Origin: a virus
Lineage: Duplodnaviria > Heunggongvirae > Uroviricota > Caudoviricetes
DNA: 64,000 nt
Direction: 5' to 3' (one strand)
Virus record (IMG/VR): IMGVR_UViG_3300029156_000001
Span: 64,001-128,000 of that record
Numbering within the stretch: the stretch's first letter is position 1; each line of letters starts with the position of its first letter. The translations under genes and the position numbers were made by a program. This document shows, in pieces, positions 1 through 8,882 of this stretch. Below the pieces are notes generated by a model, which worked only from the letters and a program-made list of their open reading frames with translations, was not told where the DNA came from and did no database searches.

Positions 1-1
1 A

Positions 2-184
2 AAGATCAATAAGCAGAGTCCTAAGATGCCCGTAGCCGTTGTAGCCTCTAATCTTACGAGGCTCATGTTGGAATACAACGCCCAAGTGATTTTTGGTGGT
101 AACCGAGCACAGGGCATGACCCGTGGCATTCTGCTACACGCTTGGGATCTGTTCCAAAAAGGAGAACTATTTGAGAGCGAGTGA
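2..184 (+). CDS. 3' end of a hypothetical protein entering from upstream of the window
   Basis: Open frame from base 2 (KINKQSPKMPVAVVASNLTRLMLEYNAQVIFGGNRAQGMTRGILLHAWDLFQKGELFESE*) ends at TGA 182-184, overlapping the likely terminase start; not in the ORF track. Confidence 0.6.
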   Translation, partial: KINKQSPKMPVAVVASNLTRLMLEYNAQVIFGGNRAQGMTRGILLHAWDLFQKGELFESE

Positions 185-2213
185 TATCAAGAAGCTTCGG
201 GGGACCCCCTGGAAGACTACATGGACAACAGACGATCTTCTTAATGTGCTGGATGACACCGGCCCCTTTGAGAGCATCTATCATTTTGCTTCATTCAATT
301 TATCTTGGTTTGTTGAGAACGTTTTCAATAACCAGCAGGGAAAGCCACTTAGACTAGAGGCGTTTCAGCAAGTGATGCTGGATCTCTTGTGGCACAAGAA
401 GTTCCCTATGATCTTGGCTACCCGTGGTGCTGGTAAGACATTCATCCTTGCTCTTTATTCTCTCCTTAGGGCCCTCCTGGTGCCCGGCTCTAAAATTGTG
501 ATTGTGGGTGCCGGTTTCCGTCAGGCGAAACTGGTCTTCAAGTACATCGAACAGTTGTATGAATCTAGCCCACTAGTGAAGGAAGCTATCTCCCATTGGG
601 GTGGACCCAAGTATGGCTCCGATGCTGCCACTCTCCGTGTAGGGTTGTCCTCAATCCAAGCAATTCCTATTGGTGATGGTGAGAAGATTCGTGGTCTGCG
701 TGCTACCGTTTTGATCGCTGATGAGTTTGCCTCCATCCCTGAAGATATCTTCGATATCGTTATTGAGCCGTTTACCGCTGTTCACATGAACCCCGCTGAG
801 CGTGCCGCACAACAGAGATTTGTTTCAAGGTTAGAATCTCTTGGTGCCGACGAACATCTACTTGAGGCCATCAATAGTACACAGGGCTTTGGTAACCAAG
901 TTGTTATCTCTGGTACTCCCAGCCACAAACATAACCACTTCTATAAGAGGTGGGCCGTCTATATGGCCTTCGTCAGATCTAAAGGCGACGGCAAACAGCT
1001 CAAGCGTGCCCTTGAAGAAAGACAGCTTGCTGCGACCGGTAAGTATACAGAAATCAGCGAAGATGACGTTGCACACGCTGAAACCTCATGGCATCACTAT
1101 GCCGTGTTCCAATTGCCTCACACGGCCTTGCCCGCAGGCTTCATGGAAGAAGACATTATTCGAAAAGCGAAGGCTACATACCCAGCTCACCGCTTTGCGA
1201 TGGAATATATGTCGCAGTTTCCAGATGACACTGATGGTTTCATTAAGCGATCATGGATTGAACAGGCTACACCAAGGCCACCTGAAGCTATCCCGGTGAA
1301 CGTTGAACTTTATGGCGACCCACGGGCTACATATGTCATGGGTATTGACCCTGCTCGTTTCAACGATAATCTTGGTGTGGTTGTTTTCAAGATCACTGAT
1401 CGTGGTTTAGAGCTTGTATATTGTCAAGCCTGGGACAAGACTCAGTATGGCGTGTCGGCTCAGCGTATTCGTGAAATTGTCAAACGCTTTAATGTCTCGT
1501 ACATTGCGATGGATAAGGGCGGCGGTGGCGAAGACATCCGTGAATGGCTATGCAAGAAGGTAGATGACGTGCAACCGGAAGACTTCATTTGGGTCATTCC
1601 TGATCAGATGGAAAAGTTTACTGGTAGCAAGGCCGGTATGTCTGCTCCGGGCCGCAAGATCATTGAGATGGTGGACTTCACTCCATCATGGATTTCGCAA
1701 GCCGCTCACGGTATTGAGGCCAGTGTGCAACAATGCCACATCATGTTCCCGGATCGTGCTGACGCCGATAGAATTTACGATCAGTACATGAGGCACTTCT
1801 CGAAAAATAGCGTGACGGAGGGCGAGAAAGAAGCACTCCAGCGTGACCTGTGGGGGGTCGATGATTGGGAAGCTGAACAGCTTGAGGCCATTACGGGAGA
1901 AAAGACACAAAGGTCGTTTGGTATTATGCAGAATATTGATGAGTGCATCAATGAGACCTGTGCCATCACCAGAACGGTTACCCCTAAAGGTAATGAGAGT
2001 TTCGAGCTACCTAAATTAGCAGAACAGCCCGAGGGCCTAGACATGCGTCGTAGAGACCGTTGGTCTGCTCTCATGTTGGCTAACTATGCAGCTAAAGTTT
2101 ATATGGGCACAGGCCATACGCCCAAAACCGGTCTTGGTATCACGCCCAGCATGACAAGGCAGGGCAGCTATACAACTCGTGGCGTTCGTCGTCGTGGCTC
2201 CGTCTCCTATTAG
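171..2213 (+). CDS. terL: Terminase large subunit
   Basis: Walker A ATRGAGKT, Walker B VLIADEFA, RNase H-like nuclease motif VMGIDPAR and C-terminal DRWSAL; first gene of the head module. Likely start is TTG171 after SD AAGGAG rather than GTG123. Confidence 0.92.
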   Translation: MRASDIKKLRGTPWKTTWTTDDLLNVLDDTGPFESIYHFASFNLSWFVENVFNNQQGKPLRLEAFQQVMLDLLWHKKFPMILATRGAGKTFILALYSLLRALLVPGSKIVIVGAGFRQAKLVFKYIEQLYESSPLVKEAISHWGGPKYGSDAATLRVGLSSIQAIPIGDGEKIRGLRATVLIADEFASIPEDIFDIVIEPFTAVHMNPAERAAQQRFVSRLESLGADEHLLEAINSTQGFGNQVVISGTPSHKHNHFYKRWAVYMAFVRSKGDGKQLKRALEERQLAATGKYTEISEDDVAHAETSWHHYAVFQLPHTALPAGFMEEDIIRKAKATYPAHRFAMEYMSQFPDDTDGFIKRSWIEQATPRPPEAIPVNVELYGDPRATYVMGIDPARFNDNLGVVVFKITDRGLELVYCQAWDKTQYGVSAQRIREIVKRFNVSYIAMDKGGGGEDIREWLCKKVDDVQPEDFIWVIPDQMEKFTGSKAGMSAPGRKIIEMVDFTPSWISQAAHGIEASVQQCHIMFPDRADADRIYDQYMRHFSKNSVTEGEKEALQRDLWGVDDWEAEQLEAITGEKTQRSFGIMQNIDECINETCAITRTVTPKGNESFELPKLAEQPEGLDMRRRDRWSALMLANYAAKVYMGTGHTPKTGLGITPSMTRQGSYTTRGVRRRGSVSY

Positions 2214-2220
2214 TGTATTA
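2211..2220 (+). promoter_or_regulatory. TAGTGTATTA motif, candidate late promoter upstream of portal
   Basis: Exact 10-mer; its TAG is the terminase stop; 50 nt before the portal ATG. Confidence 0.7.
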
Positions 2221-2231
2221 GGTCTGTAGGT

Positions 2232-2252
2232 CAATCTAATCGCAATCTAATC
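2232..2252. repeat. Tandem direct repeat CAATCTAATC-G-CAATCTAATC
   Basis: Two exact 10-mers at 2232-2241 and 2243-2252 (11-bp period) in the terL-portal intergenic gap. Confidence 0.8.
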
Positions 2253-2269
2253 ACCCTGAGGGGCTCATA

Positions 2270-4726
2270 ATGGCTAGAAATCGCACCAACGCTGCTACGA
2301 TGGAAAGAACTCGTGAACGAGCTATTGCACGTTCTGCTAGTCCTTCTACGATGCAGGGAGCTGCCGAAAGAGCTAACGCTGCGAACCGTAGTCAAGCTTA
2401 TTTTTATGGCAACATGGGGGACAGTATTGAACGTCGCGTCGGGGATGGTGGAAACTTTCTTGGTGAAGGTAGCGACTATTTTCAGGGCACGTTTGGCACA
2501 GGACAGACTTGGCAGGGCCAGGGGTTTGGTAACTATCTAGGTACCGGACTACTTAACGGCCAAGGTCGTATGTTCTCGGGGGTCCATAGTGGAGCAGGAG
2601 GAGGCTTCACTTACCTGCGTAAGTTTTCTTCTAACTCTGTATTCAACCATCATCTCATTGCGTCATGCATGATGGCATATCTGGGTTATGGCGTAGTTCG
2701 AAACATCATCGATCTCTATTCTGACTTCGCGACAGAAGGAATTGAGATTGATCACCCGGATGAGAGTGTCCGTAACTTTTATAAGACGTGGGCCACCAAG
2801 GTAGACTTGCGTGATCGTATTCACAGCATGTTCCTCAATCTGTTTGTGTCCGGTAACGTTTTCGTGCATCGTCGTTGGGCAGACCTAAGTCCTAAAGAAA
2901 AGCGTGCCATGAAGACTGCCCAGGGTGCAGAGAGGGTCAACGATATGTTGTTGATCCGTGGCACCTCACGCGACACCACTATCGATGGCCGCGAAGAAGG
3001 ATTCATCGACTGGTTCTTGAGTCAAAACGAAATCCATCTTGGAGACGATGAGAAGAATGGCAAGGCCGTTGGTAAGGCACCCGAATCTGCACAAGATGAG
3101 CAGATGCCAAAGAATACAAAGAAAAGAATTCCGTGGGGGTACACCTTTCTCAATCCGCTCCAGATGGAGTTGCGGGGCCGCAAGCTCCGTGGCGATCACT
3201 ACTGGGCAATGGGTATTGACAAACGTGATACATTAGATGTTGCCCGTGGCATGGGATTTCGTAGCAGCCATAACCAAGAGCTTGGCACAACCGAGATGAA
3301 TCTCCCTAAGGAGTTCTTGGCACGTATCCAACGTTACCAGGGGCCGGGTGCTGGCTACTCCGCTGAGGTTAAGCTGAGCCGCGAGGAGCTTTCTGTCGTG
3401 CAGGCTCCGGGCAAATGGGACTGGTTCGATTGGGCCGTGCCATTCTGCTATCCCGCATTGCGGGCACTTTCTTTCAAGGATTGTCTCCGGAACATGGAGA
3501 TGAAAGCCTGTCAGTCTGTGATCAACTCTATCTTCCTTTTCAAGCTAGGTGACATTGAGAAGGGTATGCCAGCCGAGGACGAACACTTTGAACGCCTCGC
3601 GGATATGCTTCAAATGCCGGGCCAAGCCTTGAATATTTTGTGGAACGAGGCCATTACTGCGGAAGCGATCCAAGCTGATGTCAAAGGCATCTTCGACACC
3701 AATAAGCATGATTCTGCTGACAAAGACATCTTGACTGCCCTTGGTATTCCTGAGGTATTGGTTGGCGGTAAGGGCGGAAACTTCTCTAACTCGTACATTG
3801 CTGTTGCGACCGTGTTGGAGCGTTTGGAATCGTACCGTAACAAGGTTCAGTCTTGGTTGATGAATGAACTGAAGGTCATCGCTGATGCGATGGGCTTCAA
3901 GAAGCTGCCGACTGTTCGCTTTGGTCGCACTAGTCTTAAGGATGAGAAGTCACAACAAGCTTTCATGACCGGTCTTTACGACCGTGGCATCTTGTCTGCT
4001 GATACTCTCTTGTCTGAAGGTGGTACGTCTGCTGAAATTGAAGCTTCCAAGATGAAGGAAGAGAAGAAGAAGTACAAGGAGAAAGACATCTTTGAGCCTA
4101 AGGGGCCATTTGTCAAAGATCCTAAGCCCGCCCCGGGTGCTGCTGGTCCCCCAGGAGCGAAGCCGCCCGGTGGGGCCGCACCCAAAGCGAAGCCGAAGAC
4201 ACCGAACGGCAGACCTACCAATACGTCTACTGGTCCGACCGGTAAGCAGTCTAACCCTCGTGGGCCTAAAGGACAGAATGTCGCTAAGCATATTCTTGAG
4301 ACACAGGAAGTCTTGCAGCGTCGTGGACGTGCTATGCTTGATCAGCTTGAAAACTATATCAGCGACCGTGTACTGTCTTCGAAGGCTCGTGAGAACCCCA
4401 ATCTTAAGCACGTCAAGAACTTACGTGCCGAAGAGAAGGAACGACTAGAGTGGCTCATTTATAATGTATTTAGTCATATGCCCGTTCCTGAAACGGAACA
4501 CAATCCCATCACTGATGACTTCATCATTAATATGTTGCGTTCTGATGCCTGCGAAGCTGTAAAGGTTGAGGTGTTTAGTTCTTATACCGACAAGGTGGCC
4601 GACTATAGCAAAACGTATGGTAAGTCTCCGACGCGAGAAATGCGTAGACAGTTTATGGTGTCGGCCTGGACTCAACAAGCTATTTTGCAGCACGTTGCTG
4701 AAAAACCTGATATCCTAATGTACTAG
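2270..4726 (+). CDS. Portal protein
   Basis: 818 aa directly after terL; portal-like segments GVVRNIIDLYSDFATEGI, IPWGYTFLNPL and ALGIPEVLVGGKGGNFSNSY. Confidence 0.85.
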   Translation: MARNRTNAATMERTRERAIARSASPSTMQGAAERANAANRSQAYFYGNMGDSIERRVGDGGNFLGEGSDYFQGTFGTGQTWQGQGFGNYLGTGLLNGQGRMFSGVHSGAGGGFTYLRKFSSNSVFNHHLIASCMMAYLGYGVVRNIIDLYSDFATEGIEIDHPDESVRNFYKTWATKVDLRDRIHSMFLNLFVSGNVFVHRRWADLSPKEKRAMKTAQGAERVNDMLLIRGTSRDTTIDGREEGFIDWFLSQNEIHLGDDEKNGKAVGKAPESAQDEQMPKNTKKRIPWGYTFLNPLQMELRGRKLRGDHYWAMGIDKRDTLDVARGMGFRSSHNQELGTTEMNLPKEFLARIQRYQGPGAGYSAEVKLSREELSVVQAPGKWDWFDWAVPFCYPALRALSFKDCLRNMEMKACQSVINSIFLFKLGDIEKGMPAEDEHFERLADMLQMPGQALNILWNEAITAEAIQADVKGIFDTNKHDSADKDILTALGIPEVLVGGKGGNFSNSYIAVATVLERLESYRNKVQSWLMNELKVIADAMGFKKLPTVRFGRTSLKDEKSQQAFMTGLYDRGILSADTLLSEGGTSAEIEASKMKEEKKKYKEKDIFEPKGPFVKDPKPAPGAAGPPGAKPPGGAAPKAKPKTPNGRPTNTSTGPTGKQSNPRGPKGQNVAKHILETQEVLQRRGRAMLDQLENYISDRVLSSKARENPNLKHVKNLRAEEKERLEWLIYNVFSHMPVPETEHNPITDDFIINMLRSDACEAVKVEVFSSYTDKVADYSKTYGKSPTREMRRQFMVSAWTQQAILQHVAEKPDILMY

Positions 4727-4785
4727 TTTTAGAGTATTGTCCTAATGAGGGATCTCAGATATACATAAACAAAGGGTCGGTAGAT

Positions 4786-5559
4786 ATGAATTATGACAAG
4801 GCACTAAACAATTTTGCGAAGGCATTGAGCGAAGGCTTTACGCCAGAGCAGCTTGGTCAGGCTCCTGACTCTGCTCCCCGTACAGTTGATGTACCGTCTG
4901 AAACATTGAGCGTGGCTGACCGCTTGAAGACTGGCAGCGTTGCTGGCTTCCCTTCGGAGCGATTGCTTGATCAGAAGGAACACTTCCCTGTCATTACTCA
5001 TACTCAGGCTCAATCGAGTATGGCTCGCGTGATGCAACTCACTGAGATTCCGGCGTGGTATCACGGCACTCTGGCTCAACTACGCAAAGAGGTGTATGCG
5101 GGCATCATGAAAATGCATCCGGATATTCAACTCAATATTCGAGTGCCTGCGGAAGTGGCCGTAGCTCTTTCTGACGGCGAGACACCAGCCACCATCTCCA
5201 AGACCTCGATCAAAGATCCCGAAGACGACCGCAAGGCAGATTTGGTTCCTCAAGTTGCTCGTCCGACCCTGACGAGTGCCGAAGTTGCTGCCGCTCTTGA
5301 AGATCTTGAAACCCGTCAGGCTGTTGCTGGTCGCCTCATGGAAATGATCGACAAGCAGATCGACCACATGCAGAATGCCAAGAAGGTTGGTCAGCGTCTT
5401 TTGAAGACCGGCATGAAGTCTGAGGAATTCGATCAACTGAGTACATACCTTCAAGAAGATATCCTTCGCGAACTTATGGCTCGCGGCGTGACCGCCTCGG
5501 CACAAGCTACCGAAGATCGTCGTCGTCAACTACTTGATCGTATGAAGCAGAATGACTAA
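4786..5559 (+). CDS. Hypothetical head-module protein
   Basis: 257-aa ORF between portal and protease; helical, charged C-terminus. Confidence 0.75.
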   Translation: MNYDKALNNFAKALSEGFTPEQLGQAPDSAPRTVDVPSETLSVADRLKTGSVAGFPSERLLDQKEHFPVITHTQAQSSMARVMQLTEIPAWYHGTLAQLRKEVYAGIMKMHPDIQLNIRVPAEVAVALSDGETPATISKTSIKDPEDDRKADLVPQVARPTLTSAEVAAALEDLETRQAVAGRLMEMIDKQIDHMQNAKKVGQRLLKTGMKSEEFDQLSTYLQEDILRELMARGVTASAQATEDRRRQLLDRMKQND

Positions 5560-5680
5560 GGTACGTCAGTTTAGTAAAAAAGCATTCCTTCTTGTCGCAC
5601 AAGAGAACCCCTTTAAGGGTCCTCGTAAGCCGACTGATGGCAACAAGAAGAAAAAGAAGAAGAAGGCTAAGCCTTACTAG
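5552..5680 (+). CDS. Small basic protein with K7 tract (42 aa)
   Basis: ATG5552 overlaps the upstream stop (ATGACTAA); MTKVRQFSKKAFLLVAQENPFKGPRKPTDGNKKKKKKKAKPY* fills the whole gap; not in the ORF track. Confidence 0.6.
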   Translation: MTKVRQFSKKAFLLVAQENPFKGPRKPTDGNKKKKKKKAKPY

Positions 5681-5691
5681 GGGGCTCTATC

Positions 5692-6003
5692 ATGGCAACA
5701 AGTCTTAATGCTGGTTTCACGAACAACGTCAATGTCGTACAGAGTCGAGTGAACGGCTCTCATTCGGTTCGTTATACGGATCGTCCTATTGATATTGATG
5801 GCGATGGAAGCAAAGAACAAGTGTCCTTGACACACGTTTCTGGTCATGCCGTTGGCGTACCAAGTGCTCCTGGTGGCAAAACACGTACAACCGTTACTAT
5901 CCCTGTTGGTGTGGCTCGTACCATCATCAAAGAAACTACGGAAACCGATAACGGAGTTCACACTGACTCTGACGTATCGCAATTCACTGAAGGTGGCAAC
6001 TAA
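5692..6003 (+). CDS. Hypothetical protein (beta-rich)
   Basis: 103-aa ORF coupled to the next gene by TAATG. Confidence 0.7.
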   Translation: MATSLNAGFTNNVNVVQSRVNGSHSVRYTDRPIDIDGDGSKEQVSLTHVSGHAVGVPSAPGGKTRTTVTIPVGVARTIIKETTETDNGVHTDSDVSQFTEGGN

Positions 6004-6488
6004 TGAACCAGCAAGAAAACTTCATTGAGTCTTGTCTTGATCCTCGCAAACGAAACATGGATCGAAACCGTGGACTCCAAGCTGATGGTTTTAGTGCTGC
6101 TTTAAAAAAGGCCGGTGCTGACTATACTGATATGGACGAGGAAGGCGTACGTCGCAATCCTGGCACCGACATTGCTGACCCGTATGGTTCTCAAGTGAAA
6201 CCCAAGGGCGTGCCTGTTTGGGATCACCCGCCGCTGACCCCGGCGGAAGAAGCCATGTATTATGGTGTTCATATTCACTCTGAGTCTAATCCGATGGGGC
6301 TTCATTCACATGTCCCCGGCGGTTCGCCCGGTGGCGGCCATAGTCACGGTCCCCAAAACCGCTTCGGATCTCACCATCACAAAACAGAGACGCCTTTACA
6401 TGGCATCAGTTTAGATGGTTCTCATACGCATGACGGTGCCAATCATCCGGATGGTACCCACTCTCATTGTCCCGAAAACTTCGGTTAA
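6003..6488 (+). CDS. His-rich (HxH repeat) hypothetical protein
   Basis: 161 aa; C-terminal third carries HIH, HSH, HSH, HHH, HTH, HSH. Confidence 0.75.
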   Translation: MNQQENFIESCLDPRKRNMDRNRGLQADGFSAALKKAGADYTDMDEEGVRRNPGTDIADPYGSQVKPKGVPVWDHPPLTPAEEAMYYGVHIHSESNPMGLHSHVPGGSPGGGHSHGPQNRFGSHHHKTETPLHGISLDGSHTHDGANHPDGTHSHCPENFG

Positions 6489-6521
6489 TAGTTTGGCCGT
6501 TTAGTTTATTCCTTCGTAGGC

Positions 6522-8393
6522 ATGAAATATCGTACCACATTAACTGCTAAGGCTGAGGTTTTACAGCCTAACTCTAATGAGTTCAAGGCTGTAGCTGCTT
6601 CTCTGCAAGATAGCTATGGGTTTGACCTTAAGCCACAGATGGACCTATTGTATGTTCGCTCATGCTTGGTGTCTGCTGGTGAAGGTGTTGGAGTAAACGA
6701 TAACGACGATATTTTCACGCGAGAAGAAGCCTGGGCCGCTCGTCATACTCCTGTTCTTAAGCCATTCAATTGGCAACACCAGGACAAGGACATCGTTGGT
6801 GTCATGTATACGGTACAGGCTCGCACCGTTGATGGTGACGTGTTAGATATTACGGATGATACCACGCCTGATTGTGACTTTGATCTTTTTGTCGAGGCGG
6901 CAATCTTCCGTTTGATTCATGAAGATAGAGCGGCCGAGATCGAAGCAAGATCTAAGGGCGGCTCTCTTTTTGTGTCGATGGAAGCTTGGTTTGATGACTA
7001 TAGCTATGGCTACTTCGACAAGAGCAACAGTCTACAACAGACTATTGGTAGAGACAAGAACACCAGTTTCCTAGACAAGTATCTGCGTTCTAGTGGGGGA
7101 ACTGGCGTATATCGTGATCCTGAATCAAATCAGGATGTGCGGATCGGTCGCGTCCTTAGATCCATCACCTTCGGAGGTTGTGGTTTTGTAGACCGTCCCG
7201 CGAACAAACGTTCCAAGATCGAGGAAGCAGAACCTATGATCTCGTTTGCGGAACAGGATGCGAATTCACAAGTTGAAAAATTGCTAGAGATGGTGATGGA
7301 ACTTCAGGGAAAAGCTGTTACTGAGGAGGTAACTCTTATGAATACTCAAGCTGGTAACCCGGGCCCTGGGCCCGAGGATATTGCCGTAGCGGTCGGTTCG
7401 GAACTCGATAAGAGGGACAAGGCCGCTGCCGAGGCAAGAGCACAGGCTGAGCTTCAGGCCCGTGCGACCGCAGCCGAAGATAAAGCTCAAGAGCTTGAAA
7501 CTCAGGTTGCGGAACTCACTGAAGCAAAAACTGAAAAAGAAGCTGAGGTGCAAGCACTTCAGACTCAAATGGAAGACTACGGTGCTGCCGTTGACAAGTT
7601 GGTAGCTGGTGCTACTGGCGACACTCCTGCCGAAATCGCTGCTATTGATGCTGCGAGTGACGGTAGTGGTGCCTTTGCTGCCAAGCTTGCTTGGCTTGAA
7701 AAGTCGATGGCCACTCTTGTTGTACGTGCTAGCCGTGCGGACGAACTTGAAACTCAGCTTGCTGAGGCCGAGTCCGTTGTACGCGAGCAAGAAGTTCGTA
7801 CCTTGTTTGGTGAAAACTTCTCGGAAGAAGCTATTGAAATCATGGTCTCGCGTGCGGCGAACCTTGACGATGACGCCTATCAGGCGTGGCGTGACGAGAA
7901 GGAGCTTATGGTCATCGAGATGACTCAAGCTGCCGACAAGAAAGAGAAAAAGCTTCCGCCGTTCATGAAAAAGGGCAAGGAAGGCGAGAAAGATGCTAAG
8001 GCGGGCGAAAACCCGTTTGCTGCTCTACTTGCTCAGCGTCGTGCGGACAGCGGTATGGCTGATCCGGATACGATGCGTAACAACCCTAATGAGCCTGACC
8101 TGATTGGTCAGACTAATACAGGAGAGACTGACGTACGTAGTGGCGTTACGCCTGCTTCTCCTGGTCTAAGTACACCGCGTCATAAGATTGCTGGCTCTGC
8201 CGGGGACGACCCTGCCCAAATTCTTGAGGATGCTCAAGCTGAAGGCGGCGTTTCACTTGCCGGATCTCAAGCGAGTGATGATGGTGAAGGTGTCAACCCC
8301 TTCCGCGTTCTAGCGAACGTGGTTACCGAGGTTGACGATGAAGAAGATAGTGAAGTTACGGCTGAAAAGCCGGGCTTTGATCCCGTTTCGTAA
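6522..8393 (+). CDS. Prohead protease-scaffold fusion
   Basis: N-terminal half (NDNDDIF, PFNWQH, FVSMEAWF, ITFGGCGFVDRPAN) resembles phage maturation proteases; C-terminal half is acidic Ala/Glu coiled coil; lies just before the decoration and capsid genes. Confidence 0.75.
   Translation: MKYRTTLTAKAEVLQPNSNEFKAVAASLQDSYGFDLKPQMDLLYVRSCLVSAGEGVGVNDNDDIFTREEAWAARHTPVLKPFNWQHQDKDIVGVMYTVQARTVDGDVLDITDDTTPDCDFDLFVEAAIFRLIHEDRAAEIEARSKGGSLFVSMEAWFDDYSYGYFDKSNSLQQTIGRDKNTSFLDKYLRSSGGTGVYRDPESNQDVRIGRVLRSITFGGCGFVDRPANKRSKIEEAEPMISFAEQDANSQVEKLLEMVMELQGKAVTEEVTLMNTQAGNPGPGPEDIAVAVGSELDKRDKAAAEARAQAELQARATAAEDKAQELETQVAELTEAKTEKEAEVQALQTQMEDYGAAVDKLVAGATGDTPAEIAAIDAASDGSGAFAAKLAWLEKSMATLVVRASRADELETQLAEAESVVREQEVRTLFGENFSEEAIEIMVSRAANLDDDAYQAWRDEKELMVIEMTQAADKKEKKLPPFMKKGKEGEKDAKAGENPFAALLAQRRADSGMADPDTMRNNPNEPDLIGQTNTGETDVRSGVTPASPGLSTPRHKIAGSAGDDPAQILEDAQAEGGVSLAGSQASDDGEGVNPFRVLANVVTEVDDEEDSEVTAEKPGFDPVS
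7338..8393 (+). CDS. Putative nested in-frame scaffolding protein (351 aa)
   Basis: SD GAGGAGGT at 7323-7330, 7 nt before in-frame ATG7338 at the domain boundary. Confidence 0.55.
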   Translation: MNTQAGNPGPGPEDIAVAVGSELDKRDKAAAEARAQAELQARATAAEDKAQELETQVAELTEAKTEKEAEVQALQTQMEDYGAAVDKLVAGATGDTPAEIAAIDAASDGSGAFAAKLAWLEKSMATLVVRASRADELETQLAEAESVVREQEVRTLFGENFSEEAIEIMVSRAANLDDDAYQAWRDEKELMVIEMTQAADKKEKKLPPFMKKGKEGEKDAKAGENPFAALLAQRRADSGMADPDTMRNNPNEPDLIGQTNTGETDVRSGVTPASPGLSTPRHKIAGSAGDDPAQILEDAQAEGGVSLAGSQASDDGEGVNPFRVLANVVTEVDDEEDSEVTAEKPGFDPVS

Positions 8394-8404
8394 GGAGGCT
8401 TACA

Positions 8405-8872
8405 ATGGCTTTAAAAGAAACTCGTCAGACACAGCACACGAATATTGACTGTACTGTTTCTGGTGTGGCCGAACGTGGAGGTATCCTATCTTTTGTTCCC
8501 GGTGTTGCTGGTCTTTGTGAATATTCTGATGCAACCGCCGTTTCTGGTCAGCTTGCTAACCCCGCTGGTTTACTTTTGGATGATGTAGAAGCTTTGAACT
8601 ACTACAACCACCCAGAGTATCGTCAGCGTAACGTTGTGCCTCAGGGCAGCAACGTTGGCATTGCTACCGAAGGCGAGTTCTTCACGGATTTTGTTGAGAC
8701 TGCTACTGCCGATGGGGCATCTGTAGGTACTTACGCCGCTGGTGACACACTGTATCTTGCTGACCTTGGCCAAGTGTCGCGTCAGCAAATCGCAAACCTG
8801 CGTCCGACTGTTGGTAAGGCTCTTGCAGCTCTTACTGCTGACAGTTTCCTCAAGATTCGTTTGGAACTATAA
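8405..8872 (+). CDS. Capsid decoration/cement-like protein
   Basis: 155 aa, SD AAGGAGG, immediately upstream of the major capsid gene; paralog at 11918. Confidence 0.65.
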   Translation: MALKETRQTQHTNIDCTVSGVAERGGILSFVPGVAGLCEYSDATAVSGQLANPAGLLLDDVEALNYYNHPEYRQRNVVPQGSNVGIATEGEFFTDFVETATADGASVGTYAAGDTLYLADLGQVSRQQIANLRPTVGKALAALTADSFLKIRLEL

Positions 8873-8882
8873 GGAGACTGAC

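Noticed and set aside
8742-8882. Extended N-termini in the ORF track (8742, 9972, 27534, 27937, 45641, 55260, 57049)
   Set aside because: They overlap upstream genes or regulatory sites; downstream starts with SD sequences or stop-start coupling fit better
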